Assembly (NCBI RefSeq): GCF_006345805.1
Contig: NC_043009.1
Location: forward strand, 20,894,001-20,958,000
DNA length: 64,000 nucleotides
From: Octopus sinensis
Lineage: Eukaryota
Direction: 5' to 3'
Positions within the stretch are counted from its first letter, which is position 1. Each line of letters starts with the position of its first letter. Made by a program: the position numbers and the translations under genes. The notes beneath the pieces are model-generated. The model saw only the letters and a program-made list of their open reading frames with translations. It searched no databases and was not told the DNA's origin. Below are positions 1 to 62,449 of this stretch, piece by piece.

Positions 1-2339
1 GCCGAGGAACCGTAACACTGCTGAAGAAAGATCTAAACAAGGGAAATGTAATAGATAACTTTAGGCCCATCACTCTGCTTAATGCAGACTTGAAAATTTT
101 GGCCAAGGTGCTAGCCAAGAAGTTGGCACTTGTCATCGAGAAACTGGTCGACAGGCGGCGCAAACATGCGCCGTGCCAGGCCGGACCATCCATGACAACC
201 TCCATCTGATGCGCTACATCATAGACAGGGTAGTTAACGAACCTGGCATGGGTGGGGCCCTGATCAACTTGGATCAATCGAAAGCCTTTGATAGGGTGGA
301 CCATCGATACTTGGAGGCAGTCCTGAGAGCGGCTGGTTTCGGGCCCGTCTTCCGCGGCTGGATAGCTGCCTTGTACAGAGGCATCCCTTTGGTAATTCGC
401 GTAAATGGACATCTATTGAGACCTTTCGACATTGCACGTTCGGTCCGTCAGGGATGCCCCCTCTCGGCGCTTCTATACGTATTGACTCTTGAGCCACTAC
501 TGCGGAAGCTGGCGACTCCTAAGGGGCATCCCGCGAGAATTGGGATGCGGGACGAGCGTGTCTGCATACGCGGACGACGTCACCGTCATAGTGTCTAGCC
601 ACGAGCACATCGAGCTGGTCGGCGAGACACTGAAAAACTACGAAGCGGTGACAGGAGCGAAAATCAACCGGGAAAAGTCAGTGGGCTTGCGACTAGGCAC
701 CTGGAGAAGCAAGCCCATGCCGTCCACCAGCGCCTCCGTCGTTGGACGCTGGACCGACGGCCCGTTGAGTTGCTCGGGGTCTGGTTTGGTCCGGACCTCC
801 AAGTGGAGAAGAACTGGAACGAGATAACGAGTAGGGTGGTCACTCTCGCCCGGCAATGGGCCGAGAGGAAACTGTCCCTAAAAGGTCGAGCGGAGGTGGC
901 GAACACGTACATCGCGTCCGTCATCTACTACCGCCTGACCGTCGTACCTTGTCCCGACCCTACCATCACCAAACTACAACGCATCCTCTTTCGCTTCTTG
1001 TGGAAAGGATGCGTCCCGATTGTCAGGCTATCCATTTGCTGTCAACACCCGTTAAAAGGAGGGCTGGGCATGCCGTGGTTGATGATGCGCAGACACGCGC
1101 TGAGACTGCGACATCTCTGGCTCTATGTAGACGACGGTGAACAGGTGTGGTCGCCGTTTGTGAGGCACGCTTTCCCGCAGCTCGTCTCCATGACCGAACT
1201 GCAGTCGTGGATCAAAAAGAGGCCGAGGAAGGGCGAATGGCACCGCGAGTGTCACGTTGCTCTCAAGCAACTCTGCCGTCCTGGGTCGACCTTGAGTGAC
1301 TTCAACACAACCAAAGCATTCTATAGGGGTTTAGTGGAGGGGAGGTACGACGATGAGCTCGGGGCGAACCTGGACGTCGACGAGGAGTACCTGACCCGCC
1401 TGTTCGGGACGACTTTCGGGCCAGGGCCCATGGACAACTTCCAGAGATCCTGCCTGGCAGGCTGCTACCGAGAAGCGCTACCCGTTCGGGATAAGCTCTA
1501 CAGACACGGCTCGAGAAACACGGGGCTGACCTGCCCGAGATGCGGTCAGAGCGACGAAACCGTTCTGCACGCACTCGTTCAGTGTCCAACAATTTCCGAC
1601 CTGTGGGCTTATGTCGAACAACTGCTGTCACGTGTGGGACGAGTCGGTTTATCAGCTGAGTCTATCGTCAATATTGTCACGCCTCCTTCCTTCAAACGGG
1701 AAGGAAGAGCTATTTTCATCATCCTTGTGGCTATGGCGAAAGAATGTATCTGGTGGACGCGTCTGAAAGGATTGGAGACAAACATTTTCCTCTCTGGTCA
1801 ATCTCTCATCAACTTCTTCAAGTACCACTTGAAAAGGAAAGTGAGAGTAGAGAGGCAAGTTTTGTCTAGCGAATGTTTTAAAAAAAGATGGGTGAATGTA
1901 GCAGGAATGGCACGTATGAATGACGAAGCCCCCTTGAGCATAGTCCTATGAACCCAGAAATCGAAAACAGAGAGTTGCTTATTTGCAAAAAAAAAAAAAA
2001 AAAAAGAAATATAAAATGTGACTTCATTGACCGAGGTTACCGTGGTCTTTTCCGTAGGCTTTTCTTTCACGGGTAAACCTCACCTGTCCTCCCTTTACAC
2101 TTCATATTGACATTTCTGTGATAACGATCCCTATTGATCAATTTTTTTTCCTCTCCCCCTATTTTTTTTTTTTTTTTTAACCCCCCTTTTTTTTGTCCTC
2201 TTTCTCTCCTTTTACGATCCCTTTGATCGAAACTCCCCCTCCTTTTTTTTTTTTTTTTTTTTTTTAAACCTTCAAAAGAAAAGCTCTACCTTGTAATTTG
2301 TTCTATGTGTGTGCAGCCCTGTGTGGCTAATAAAGAAAC
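1..2339 (+). mobile_element. Tx1/L1-clade non-LTR retrotransposon, 3' part, copy 1 (frameshifted ORF2)
   Basis: RT motifs LDQSKAFDRVDH, VRQGCPLS and YADD; CPRC...H...C zinc knuckle; ORF ends at 1951; poly(A)/poly(T)-rich 3' UTR ending AATAAAGAAAC. Confidence 0.92.
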
Positions 2340-2406
2340 ATATCTACCTACCTACCTACCAACCTACCTACCTACCTACCCACCCACCCACCCCCCACCC
2401 ACCCAC
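2340..2406 (+). repeat. Compound tetranucleotide microsatellite (ATCT)-(ACCT)n-(ACCC)n between the two LINE copies
   Basis: Directly visible. Confidence 0.9.
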
Positions 2407-2410
2407 TTTT

Positions 2411-5400
2411 CACAAGAGGCTGTATCTCGAAGTCAAGGGTAGACTGATCGTCCTGGATGTTGACGGCAGCAATGGGTGCGCTCTTCGACTCGTCGGGCGG
2501 ATTTCTTTCGACATCTAGAAGTATTCTTGGGAACGTCTCGTCCTTTACTCTTAGTGGGGGATTGGAATGCTACCTTGGACACGCATGTAGACTACGTGGG
2601 TAGAGACAGAAACAGAAGGGGATGCAAATGCCTCAGAGACCTGCTCAGACGATTCCAACTGTCTGACAGGTACCGACTCGACCACCCAAATGCACCAACG
2701 TGGACATGGAGCAACCGCAGTGGGTCGTCGAGATCGTATCTAGATAGGATACTGTGTAGGACAGTAGACAAGGATAACTTAGGATGTCCACAATTCCACA
2801 CAGTCAGCTACACGGATCACAAATTGGTGACGTGTACGCTAGACTTAGATAAGGCACATAGACAGGGTCCTGTTACTGGAAACTGAACGCATCATTCCCG
2901 TCCAGACAAGTTTTCAGAGACCGGATTAGCACACTAGTAAAGAGGGCTTTGACGGGAGCCATCATCAACAACAAATGGTGGTTTGCCCTCAAGAGAGCAG
3001 TAAAAGCAGAGCGATTAGGTACAGCAAAGCACTAGCCATAGATAGAAATAGAGTAGAGGGTGAGCTAGTTAAGAAGCTAGAAGAGGCAATTAGAAGCGGC
3101 ATCGCATCCGACGTTTTGGCGGCGAGGTTGGCCCTCGACCAACACTTCAACACCAACACGAAGGATGTGCTGTCAGAGCTAGGATGCGTGCTCTAAGGAA
3201 TGAAGGTGTTGGAGCCGCGAGAGAGGCCCGGGTGGCAGAGGCGCAACAGGGCAACAAAGCCACCATTCGGTCACTGGTAGATGAACAGGGGCGCGAATTG
3301 CTCGAGCCAAGTAAAATGTGTGAGGCCTTTCAGCAGCATTTTGCCCGACTGTTCGGGACGAGAGTGGAGGGCAAGAACGTAGGGTAGACTTCAGTGCCTA
3401 CCTACATAGCCTGCCACGACTCTCGACAAGAAAGGCAGGGTGCTGCGAAGGTGCCATCACGGCGGCGGAAGTGCGGGAAGCGATGGCAGAATGCTCGAGG
3501 GACAAATCACCGGGTTTGGATGGTCTACCCTACGAATTTTACTATTGTATGCCAGACTTGTTTGGAGACGTCTTGGCAGCGGTATACTGCAACTGGCAGC
3601 AAAACGGGAGCATACCCGTTTTTGTGAGTCGAGGAGCTGTAACTCTGCTGAAGAAAGATCCAAACAAGGGAAACATTATAGATAACTTTAGGCCAATCAC
3701 TCTGCTCAATGCAGACCTGAAAATTTTGACAAAGGTGTTAGCCAAGAGGTTGGCGCTTGTCATGGAGAAACTGGTCGACAAGGCACAACGTGCGCCGTGC
3801 CGGGCCGGAGCATCCATGACAACCTCCATCTGATGCGCTACATCATAGACAGGGTAGTTAACGAACCTGGCATGGGTGGGGCCCTGATCAACTTGGATCA
3901 ATCGAAAGCCTTTGATAGGTAGACCATCGGTACTTGGAGGCAGTCCTGAGAGCGGCTGGTTTCGGTCCCGTCTTCCGCGGCTGGATAGCTGCCTTGTACA
4001 GAGGCATCCGTTCGGTAATTCGCGTAAATGGACATCTATCGAGACCCTTCGACATTGCACGTTCGGTCCGTCAGGGATGCCCCCTCTCGGCGCTTCTATA
4101 CGTATTGACTCTTGAGCCACTACTGCGGAAGCTGGCGACTCTGAGGGGCATCCCGTGAGAATTAGGATGCGGGACGAGCGTGTCTGCATACGCGGACGAC
4201 GTCACCGTCATAGTGTCAAGCCACGAGCACATCGAGCGGGTCGGCGAGACACTGAAAGACTGCGAAGCGGTGACAGGAGCAAAAATCAACCGGGAAAAGT
4301 CAGTGGGCTTGCGGCTCGGCACCTGGAGAAGCAAACCCATGCCGTCCACCAGTACCTCCGTCGTGGGACGCTGGACAGACGGCCCGGTTGAGTTGCTCGG
4401 GGTCTGGTTCGGTCCGGACCTCCAAATGGAGAAGAACTGGAACGAGATAACGAGTAGGGTGGTCACTCTCGCCCAGCAATGGGCCGAGAGGAAACTGTCC
4501 CTAAAAGGTCGGGCGGAGGTGGTGAACGCGTACATCGCGTCCATCATCTACTACCGCCTGACCGTCGTACCTTGTCCCGACCCTACCATCACCAAACTAG
4601 AACGCATCCTCTTCCGCTTCTTGTGGAAAGGATGCGTCCCGATGGTCAGGCGATCCATTTGCTGTCAACACCCCGTTAAAAGGAGGGCTGGGCATGCCGT
4701 GGTTGATGATGCACAGACACGCGCTGAGACTGCGACATCTCCGGCTCTATGTAGACGACGGTGAACAGGTGTGGTCGCCGTTTGTGAGGCACGCATTCCC
4801 GCAACTCGTCTCCATGACCGAACTACAGTCGTGGATCAAAAAGAGGCCGAAGAAGGGCGAATGGCACCGCGAGTGTCGCGTTGCTCTCAAGCAACTCTGC
4901 CGTCCCGGGTCGACCTGAGTGACTTCAACACAACCAAAGCATTCTATAGGGGATTAGTGGAGGGGAGGTACGACGACGAGCTCGGGGCAAACCTGGGCGT
5001 CGACGAGGAATACCTGACCCGCCTGTTTCAAACGACTTTCGGCCCAGGACCTATGGACAACTTCCAGAGATCCCTGGCCTGGCGGTGCTACCGAGAAGCG
5101 CTACCCGTTCGGGATAAGCTCTATAGGCATGGCTCGAGAAACACGGGGCCGACCTGCCCGAGATGCGTCAGAGCGACGAAACCGCTCTGCACGCAATCGT
5201 GCAGTGTCCAGCAATTTCCCACCTGTGGGCTTATGTCGAACGACTGCTGTCACGTGTGGGACGTGTCGGTTTATCCGCCGAGTCTATCGTTAATATCGTC
5301 ACGCCTCCTTCCTTCAAACGGGAAGGAAGAGCTATTTTTATCATACTTGTGGCTATGGCGAAAGAATGTATCTGGTGGACGCATCTGAAAGGATTAGAGA

Positions 5401-5979
5401 CAAACACTTTCCTCTCTGGTCAATCTCTCATCAACTTCTTCAAGTATCACTTGAAGAAAAAAGTGAGAGTAGAGAGGCAAGTTTTGTCTAGTGAATGTTT
5501 TAAAAAAAGATGGGTGAATGTAGCAAGGATGGCACGTATGAATGACGAAGCCACATTGACTATGATTCTATGAACCGTAAAAATTAATACAGAGAGTTGC
5601 TTATTTGCGAAAAAAAAAAAAAAAAATATAACATGTGACTTCATTGACCGAGGTTACCGTGGTCTTTTCCGTAGGCTTTTCTTTCCACGGGTAAACCTCA
5701 CCTGTCCTCCCCTTTACACTTCATATTGACATTTCTGTGATAACGATCCCTATTGATCAATTTTTTTTTCCTCTCCCCCCTTTTTTTAACCCCCCCTTTT
5801 TTTGTCCTCTTTCTCTCCTTTTACGATCCCTTTTGATCGACCCCCCTTTTTTATTTTATTTTATTTTTTATTTTATTATTATTATTATTTTTTAATTTTT
5901 TTTTTAAACCTTCAAAAGAAAAGCTCTACCTTGTAATTTGTTCTATCTGTGTGCAGCCCTGTGTGGCTAATAAAGAAAC
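2411..5979 (+). mobile_element. Tx1/L1-clade non-LTR retrotransposon, 5'-truncated copy 2 (APE endonuclease + RT + zinc knuckle, multiple frameshifts)
   Basis: Endonuclease motifs LLVGDWNA, SYLDRI and YTDH; RT motifs KSPGLDG, FRPITLLNADLK and YADD; same 3' UTR and terminus as copy 1. Confidence 0.93.
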
Positions 5980-6040
5980 AATCTATCTATCTATCTATCT
6001 ATCGATCTATCTATCTATCTATCTATCTATCTATTATCTA

Positions 6041-6073
<33 letters not shown>

Positions 6074-6160
6074 CCATCATATCCATCCATCCATCCATCC
6101 ATCCATCCATCCATCACCATCCACCCACCCACCCACCCACCCACCCACCCACCACCCACA
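5980..6160 (+). repeat. Compound tetranucleotide microsatellite (ATCT)n-(ATCC)n-(ACCC)n after LINE copy 2
   Basis: Directly visible. Confidence 0.92.
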
Positions 6161-6249
6161 AATCATTGGAAGACAAAAGGGAAGTAGGAGAAGTGGGAGT
6201 AGATACAGTGGGAATGGCTGCATATAGCAAAATGGTTTATCTAGTTGTA

Positions 6250-6878
6250 TGCTGATGGTAGGTCAACCAGTACAGGCAGAACCATTGTTACCAAAATTCA
6301 TGGTACTCATGCCAGTTACATGTAAAAAGTCCCTTTTGAGTGTTGGGCCTCATGGAGGCAATGTGGCCAATGCTGGTGTTATATACGTGACACATAAGAA
6401 GCACCTTTCAAGCATTGGGCGTCACTGTGGCATCTGGCACCCATGCTGGTAGTACATAAAATGCTCTTGTGAAGCATTGGGCCTCATGGAAGCAATGTAT
6501 CTAATGCCAGTGTTGTGTAACTGGCGCCTGTGCTGGCGGCACATAAAATGCACCTTTTGAGCATTGGGCCTCACAGAGGCTATGACATATGACCAAAACT
6601 TTTGGCAGTATGCCGCGCTTGAGCAGAAGACCCATCAAGCCAAGTGGAATCGTAGTCATGACAAATACTGGTGTCACACAACCGGCACTTGATACGGTGG
6701 CATGTAAAAGCACCCATTAAACTCTCGGAGTGGTTGACATTAGGAATGGCATCCAGCTGTAGAAATCATGCTATATCAAACTGGAGTTTAGTGCAGCCCG
6801 TCAGCTTGCCAGGCCTGATCAAACCATCCAACACATTCCAGTATGGACAATGGACGTTAATTGATGATGATGATGATA
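6250..6878 (+). mobile_element. RTE-type LINE 3' UTR fragment with internal tandem units and (GAT)n tail
   Basis: ggcatccagctgtag core, repeated cataaaaagcacc-type units and a gatgatgatgat tail; related to the 3' UTR at 25057-25568. Confidence 0.65.
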
Positions 6879-6887
6879 TATAATAAT

Positions 6888-7092
6888 CGCAGAAACGTTA
6901 GCACGCCGGGCGAAATGCTTAGCGGTATTTCGTCTGCCGCTACGTTCTGAGTTTAAATTCTGCCGAGGTCGACTTTGCCTTTCATCCTTTTGGGGTCGAT
7001 AAATTAAGTACCATTTACACACTGGGGTTGATGTAATCGACTTAATCACTTTGTCTGTCCTTGTTTGTCCCCTCTGTGGGTAGTAAAGAAAT
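6888..7092 (+). mobile_element. SINE carrying the conserved gaggtcgactttgcctttcatcc...gtcgataaattaagtacc central domain
   Basis: Degenerate copies recur near 11640-11720, 32940-33040, 34830-35030, 44440-44600, 56090-56210 and 56720-56970. The motif resembles conserved SINE central domains (Meta/Sauria-like, from memory). Confidence 0.7.
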
Positions 7093-7542
7093 ATATATAA
7101 TAAACATCATCGTTTAATGTCCACTTTCTCATGCTTGCATGGATCGGATACAATTTGTTGAGCAAGATTTTCTACAGCTGGATGACATTCCTGTCACCAT
7201 CCTTCACCTGTTTCCAAGTAAGTTGTTTGTATGTGTGTGTATGAAAATGTGGTAGTGTCAGTGTCTCCTGTCAACAAAACATCCAGTTCATCCTTTCAAA
7301 AAGCCACATGGAATAAGAGATCCCTTAAAAGCAGGTAAGGGTTAATGTCAGGAAGGGAGTCTGGTTATGGATGTAGTGGGATTGAGGAGGAAGAGAATGG
7401 TGGTGATGAGAGTGAACTCTATGTTTTGTTTTGTTTCCATTGCAGAAGAGAAGCCAACTCGTCGAGTTGTTCAAAGCAGCAAAACAGTAGTTCCAACTAG
7501 TGTTACCAAAGTTGGGAATAGAAATACAAAATTATTTCAGGG

Positions 7543-7642
7543 NNNNNNNNNNNNNNNNNNNNNNNNNNNNNNNNNNNNNNNNNNNNNNNNNNNNNNNNNN
7601 NNNNNNNNNNNNNNNNNNNNNNNNNNNNNNNNNNNNNNNNNN
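7543..7642. other. Assembly gap (100 N), followed by (ATTTTT)n low-complexity DNA to about 7790
   Basis: Directly visible; exactly 100 N usually denotes a gap of unknown size. Confidence 0.98.
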
Positions 7643-8082
7643 ATTTTATTTTTTTATTTTTTATTTTTTTATTATTTTATTATTTTTTTATTTTTAATTT
7701 TTTATTTATTTTTTTTATATTTTTTTATTTTTTATTATTTATTTTTTATTTTTTATTTTTTATTTTTTATTTTTTATTTTTTATTTATTCTCCTATCTAA
7801 TTTAACACTGACTCCTTGACCACTCCCCCAAGTATGATTTTTTGCGCTATGCCTACCCCCAAAAAGTCCCCCACCAACACCCCTTTAAACCTGCCTAAAT
7901 GTATAAACGCCAATACAATTCTTGTTAACTAGCTTCCTGAAGATTTCTCTTGAATGAAACAGTTCTAGTCCTGTAGAAGCTCCTTCTATATAATAAATTA
8001 ATTTTACTCTGCTATGTATTGAGTACCTTATTTACTGTGGTTAACCCCGAATCAACCCGGGACCTACATATATATATATATA

Positions 8083-8115
<33 letters not shown>

Positions 8116-8242
8116 GGGAAGCTTTATGAAAATAGACAAAAGATGAAGGCAGGTTTACGGAAATAAAGAAAAGACGAAGGCAGGTGGAATACAAACAAAC
8201 AATTGTATTAGTATGGCACTTAGGAAATATAAAGAAAACAAG

Positions 8243-8280
8243 TCTTTAACATTTCGAGCCTACGCTCTTCAATAGAAAGA
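8243..8280 (-). ncRNA. Degenerate minimal hammerhead-ribozyme-like motif in a Penelope-type repeat
   Basis: Minus strand reads tcttt-CTATTGA-a-gagc(gtag)gctc-GAAA-tgtt-aaaga. Stems I and II are intact; the core has substitutions at G5 and A6. Confidence 0.5.
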
Positions 8281-8503
8281 TACACAGAGAAAAAAAACAC
8301 AGAAAGAAGGATAGAAAAAAAATGCCTGCAGAGGCTAGCGAATCAACATGGCGATCTGATTTTGGCCAGAAGTCAAAGATCAAACGTGAGATGCAAGAGC
8401 GAAATTAGGGGCGATAATAGGGTTAAATGACCTCGCTCTAACATAAGAGTGTGTGTGTGTGTATGAGAAGAGTGTGTGTGTGTGTATGAGAGCGTATTAG
8501 TGC

Positions 8504-8576
<73 letters not shown>

Positions 8577-8579
8577 CTA

Positions 8580-11040
8580 ATGGGTTTGGAGAAAGCAGAA
8601 GTCAGTGCCCTTAGTGTTTGCAGAGCCTTGTAGACTGATAAGATTGATGTCCCTAATATTTGTAAGTTGACAGCTGCAGGAAATGCATGAGCAGGGAGTG
8701 AATTTCAGAGGGGGGACATTTTGGGAAGGAAGAATTAAGTACAGAGTGTAGGATCTGGGGTGGAAGTGAACATAACAAGGATGATGGGAAGAGGAGAGAC
8801 GAGTGGGATTGGAGTGCTTGACTGCAGAGGTCATGAGTCCAACCAGTTCTATGGAGAAGAGGTCAGTATGGTAGCAGTAGAAAAGGCAGAAAGAAAAGAT
8901 ATTGTGTCTGTAAGCCAGAAGATGGAGCTTGTCTGTGAGTGACTTTTTACCAAGCAATCAGGGATGGGGAAGTGATCTTTTCTGTGAGCTAGGACCTCTG
9001 GCTATGTGAATAGTATCCCAGATATAAGAGCAATACTCCACCATGGGCTTCCCTTTGGATTTGGTGAATATCAGTAATTGTTTAGGGTTGGGGGTGATGA
9101 AATCTTTTCTGACCCTGAAAAGAAGGACCAGTTTTTAGGGTTGTGCTCCTAACAGTGTTAAAGAGGTAATTTTTCCAGAAGAGATCCTCAATAATTGTGA
9201 GACACAACAACTGAAGTAAGTGGAATAAAACAAATCCCTTACTTTACTAGCATAGTGTGTGTGGACACACACACACTATGCTGGCTAAAGATCACACTAA
9301 ATTAATCTTAGTCATAAAGTTAATATTGTCATTCCGTTACTGCATGTATTAATTTAAATTTCAATTAAAAATGAGCAGTTGTCTCCCCTTCGCCCACACT
9401 AACCATTTCAGCCTTTTTCCTTTGTCTCTGCTGCAAAAAATATTTTGATTAAATAAAATATTTTTTTGATTCACTACAAAACTAAAATATGGTTCATTGG
9501 GAGAGGGGGAAAAACCATTTTTAGTTCCACATTCTCTCCTATTTCTCTCAGTGTTAACAATTTCCCATCAAGGAGAGTCAGTATTTCTTATGAAATATAT
9601 TTTTTAGAATATAAATAAACCAGTTTCTTCTTCTCATCAGTTAGTGCCATTAATATAACAGGAAAATATATTTAATTAATTAATGTTTAATGTGTTGCAC
9701 AAGGAAAACAGTACTAATTTACACAAAATCAATCATACATGACATATATATAATTGGTGAATACATATTATATTGGTGTTGACCAACTGGTGTGTGTATG
9801 CATGTGCATGCATCCATCCACCCACACATACATAGACACATAGTGTAATATGTGGATTCATGGAATTATGTGGCTATCACCAAAAGTTCCTATACCAGAC
9901 TAGGCAAAGAGACCACCTAGTAATCCAATACAGAGAAGTATAATGCAGAGTTCCATGCAGTTGAAATCCTGGAGTTCCAGTCAAGGAGATTATTCCATGA
10001 GGGATATATAAACTATAAGAAGTCAGGAGATATGAAGGATGAATATATTTAGTTAATCACTTGTTATCTTTAAGATTACGGTTGGTTTACAAATCAGAGA
10101 AGATAAAGAAAGCTAGCTCATCAGATCACCAGAACATCACGGTAACACCAATGCTTCATCTTTAGAGTAGAAGGCTATGAAACTTCCATAATCCTAAGGA
10201 TGACAATATATTCACCTCTCATACCACCTGGCATTTTATGATTTTTATATATAGATATATATTATGTTTGTTATGTTGGTATTGACAAACTAAAATTTCG
10301 ATGGAGGTTATAATTGAAATATGAAAAGTTTAGTGGGGATAGGATGATATTTAAGTTTGCTTTGAAGGCACTGGGTGGGAAAACTCTTGCTGGAGACACA
10401 ATCAAATCCTCAAGACCATTGTTGAGGCACTCAGAAAAACAGTAACAGCAGAAATGCCCATACTTTGACCAGAAAGATAGCCTTTGTTAAGAAGAGAGAA
10501 GAGACTCAAGAAGAACTCTAACAGCTTCCTTTCTACAACACATGAATGGGTGATATAAGTTGGGCTGGAGAAGCTGCTAAGATTTCCATCATATAACACT
10601 CAGATTTTGCTGAACGAGATTTTGGTTTCTGAGGCACCAAAGCCATTACTCATACTAGAGTTGTGTCTTGGGAGGACTGGATGGAAGAAATACAAGGAAG
10701 AGAACTAAAAACAGGAGTTGGTGGAGGCCTGTTGTAGAAAGGGCTGGAGGACAAATGTTTGTCAGTGGAGGGTGGCAGTTTAGGGTTCACAGGTCACACA
10801 CTGAATAAAGTCCATGAAACTCTGGCCATTACAGGAAAAGAAATGAACAATGTAAAGATTGCTGAGAAAGCATCGTGATGGTTCTGGCTGAAAAGAGGTG
10901 ACTGGTTGTATCAGTAAAATACCACTAGGCCACAAGGCTAGGTTTGATCAACCTAGGCTGGGTTGCCTGCATGAGGCAGCCCAAACAGTTAGTGATTGCC
11001 AAGGGAATGAAAATGATGAGGTATTCAAGCATTAGCACTG
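8580..11040 (-). mobile_element. Highly decayed CR1-like LINE, interrupted by an insert at about 9200-9870
   Basis: Minus-strand peptide LAYRHNIFSFCLFYCYH...TRLSSSHHP resembles CR1 ORF2 C-termini; further degraded coding-like sequence at 9880-11000. Confidence 0.5.
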
Positions 11041-11135
11041 TGGCTGTTAAGTAGAAAGACAAAAGATAAGTTTTTGGAATATTTCACTTACACAGAACGA
11101 CAATATTTCAGTAAAATAATTATGATCACTATTAC

Positions 11136-60974
<49,839 letters not shown>

Positions 60975-61233
60975 CTAAAATGAAAATTAAATAAGTAAAA
61001 ACAGTTATAAAATATACATAAATCTAATATAAATTAAAGTGGTAAAAAATGTTAATATCTGAAATAAACATGTAGAGAATTAAAAAAATTTTTCCCCAGA
61101 CATCACCATTAATAAACTGATATTTCCATATGTTATCCTACTTCATCAGTAATCTCATTGATAAATGTTTCATTGAATTTCTAAATTTTTATAAATCATT
61201 CGTTTTAATTGTCTGTTGAAGAGATTTATTTAC

Positions 61234-61277
61234 GAAGAAGATTTAAAGAGGGTATCTCTATGTGGCTGCCCAACTTG
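61234..61277 (-). CDS. TTC6: Tentative TTC6-like upstream exon (QVGQPHRDTLFKSS)
   Basis: tttctag acceptor, gtaaat donor, 44 nt. Its phase-2 end is compatible with the 60893..60974 exon. No recognisable motif. Confidence 0.35.
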
Positions 61278-61419
61278 CTAGAAATATTAATCAAAAAACC
61301 ACAATGGCAAGAACTAGTTTTTCTGGAATGCCATAATCTCAAAGGATCTTTAACATTTTGTAACAGTGGATGCTGTCAAACACTTTGCTGAAGTCCACAA
61401 AGGTTATAATGGCAGGTAG

Positions 61420-62300
61420 CTGTCTTTATTTAACTCCTTCTATGATACACCTCAGGGTTAAGATCTGAGATGTTGTGGCTCTCACCTGTTCTAAATCCAT
61501 TTTGATTTCATCTCAGATGGCTCTAAAGCAACAGTTGAATCCTGTTGAGGATCATTTGGTTGATAATTTTGAGTGAGATATTGGACAATGCAATTCCTCT
61601 GTAGTTGGTTTCATTGCTCAGGTTTCCTGACTTTGAGATTAGTATCAAATCAATCCCAGACCACTGATCACCAAGTATCATGTTGTGAGGCTGGTATTGA
61701 ATGAATTACATTAGCAAGATTGTTGTAATGTTCTTCTGGGAACAATGCCTGTTGTAGCAAGGTTTCCACCGAAGTTTGCAGTCAAGATTCTGTTATTGAC
61801 ACGTGTGATGCTGTTGAGTGCCATTTTAGCATTCTTATCAAGGATGATGCTGACACTACTGCCTGTAGCACTGCTCTCATTCCTCCAGGCTAATGTTCTG
61901 ATTAGCTGACATTTTTCTGAATTTACTCCAGCTCATCTTTATGCATTATTCCACTCTAACATTCCTAACCATTCACAGCTTAGACACCAAATGCCAAACT
62001 CACAAACTTCAAGAACAGAGACCTTCAAAGCATTCTCCAATGGGGATATATCAAATTTGTCTCTTTTAACAGTAAAAAAGCACAAGAACTATTCATATAA
62101 ACAAAACATCACCCTGACTCTTAATCATGAACTATAGTCAGCAAGAGTCATTAAAAATCACTTATTAATGGGCCTCACTATCATCAAAGATCTCTTCTGG
62201 CAAAGCACATAACACAGCCATGACCACATTTTACTTCAGGGCCATAAGATATTTCATCCCTTATTGATAGTCTACAAAGCTTTGGTGGAGCCTGCAATGA
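61420..62300 (-). mobile_element. Highly decayed RTE-like endonuclease region
   Basis: Coding-like composition with EEHYNNLANVIHSIP-type remnants; many stops. Confidence 0.4.
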
Positions 62301-62449
62301 AGAACAGGTTTCACATATGGGGCAGTACTACTGCTGTTGCACTCACAGACATCCTAGGCCACATCCAGAAAAGGGCCACCTGACTGATTAGCATGAAGTC
62401 ACTCACAAATGTACTCTGCTTCTGGCCACAGAACTTGCATGAAAGTGCA

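Noticed and set aside
7367-7819. 150-aa ORF spanning the gap
   Set aside because: Runs through Ns and (ATTTTT)n; only the 7446-7542 part is exon-like, and it is reported separately
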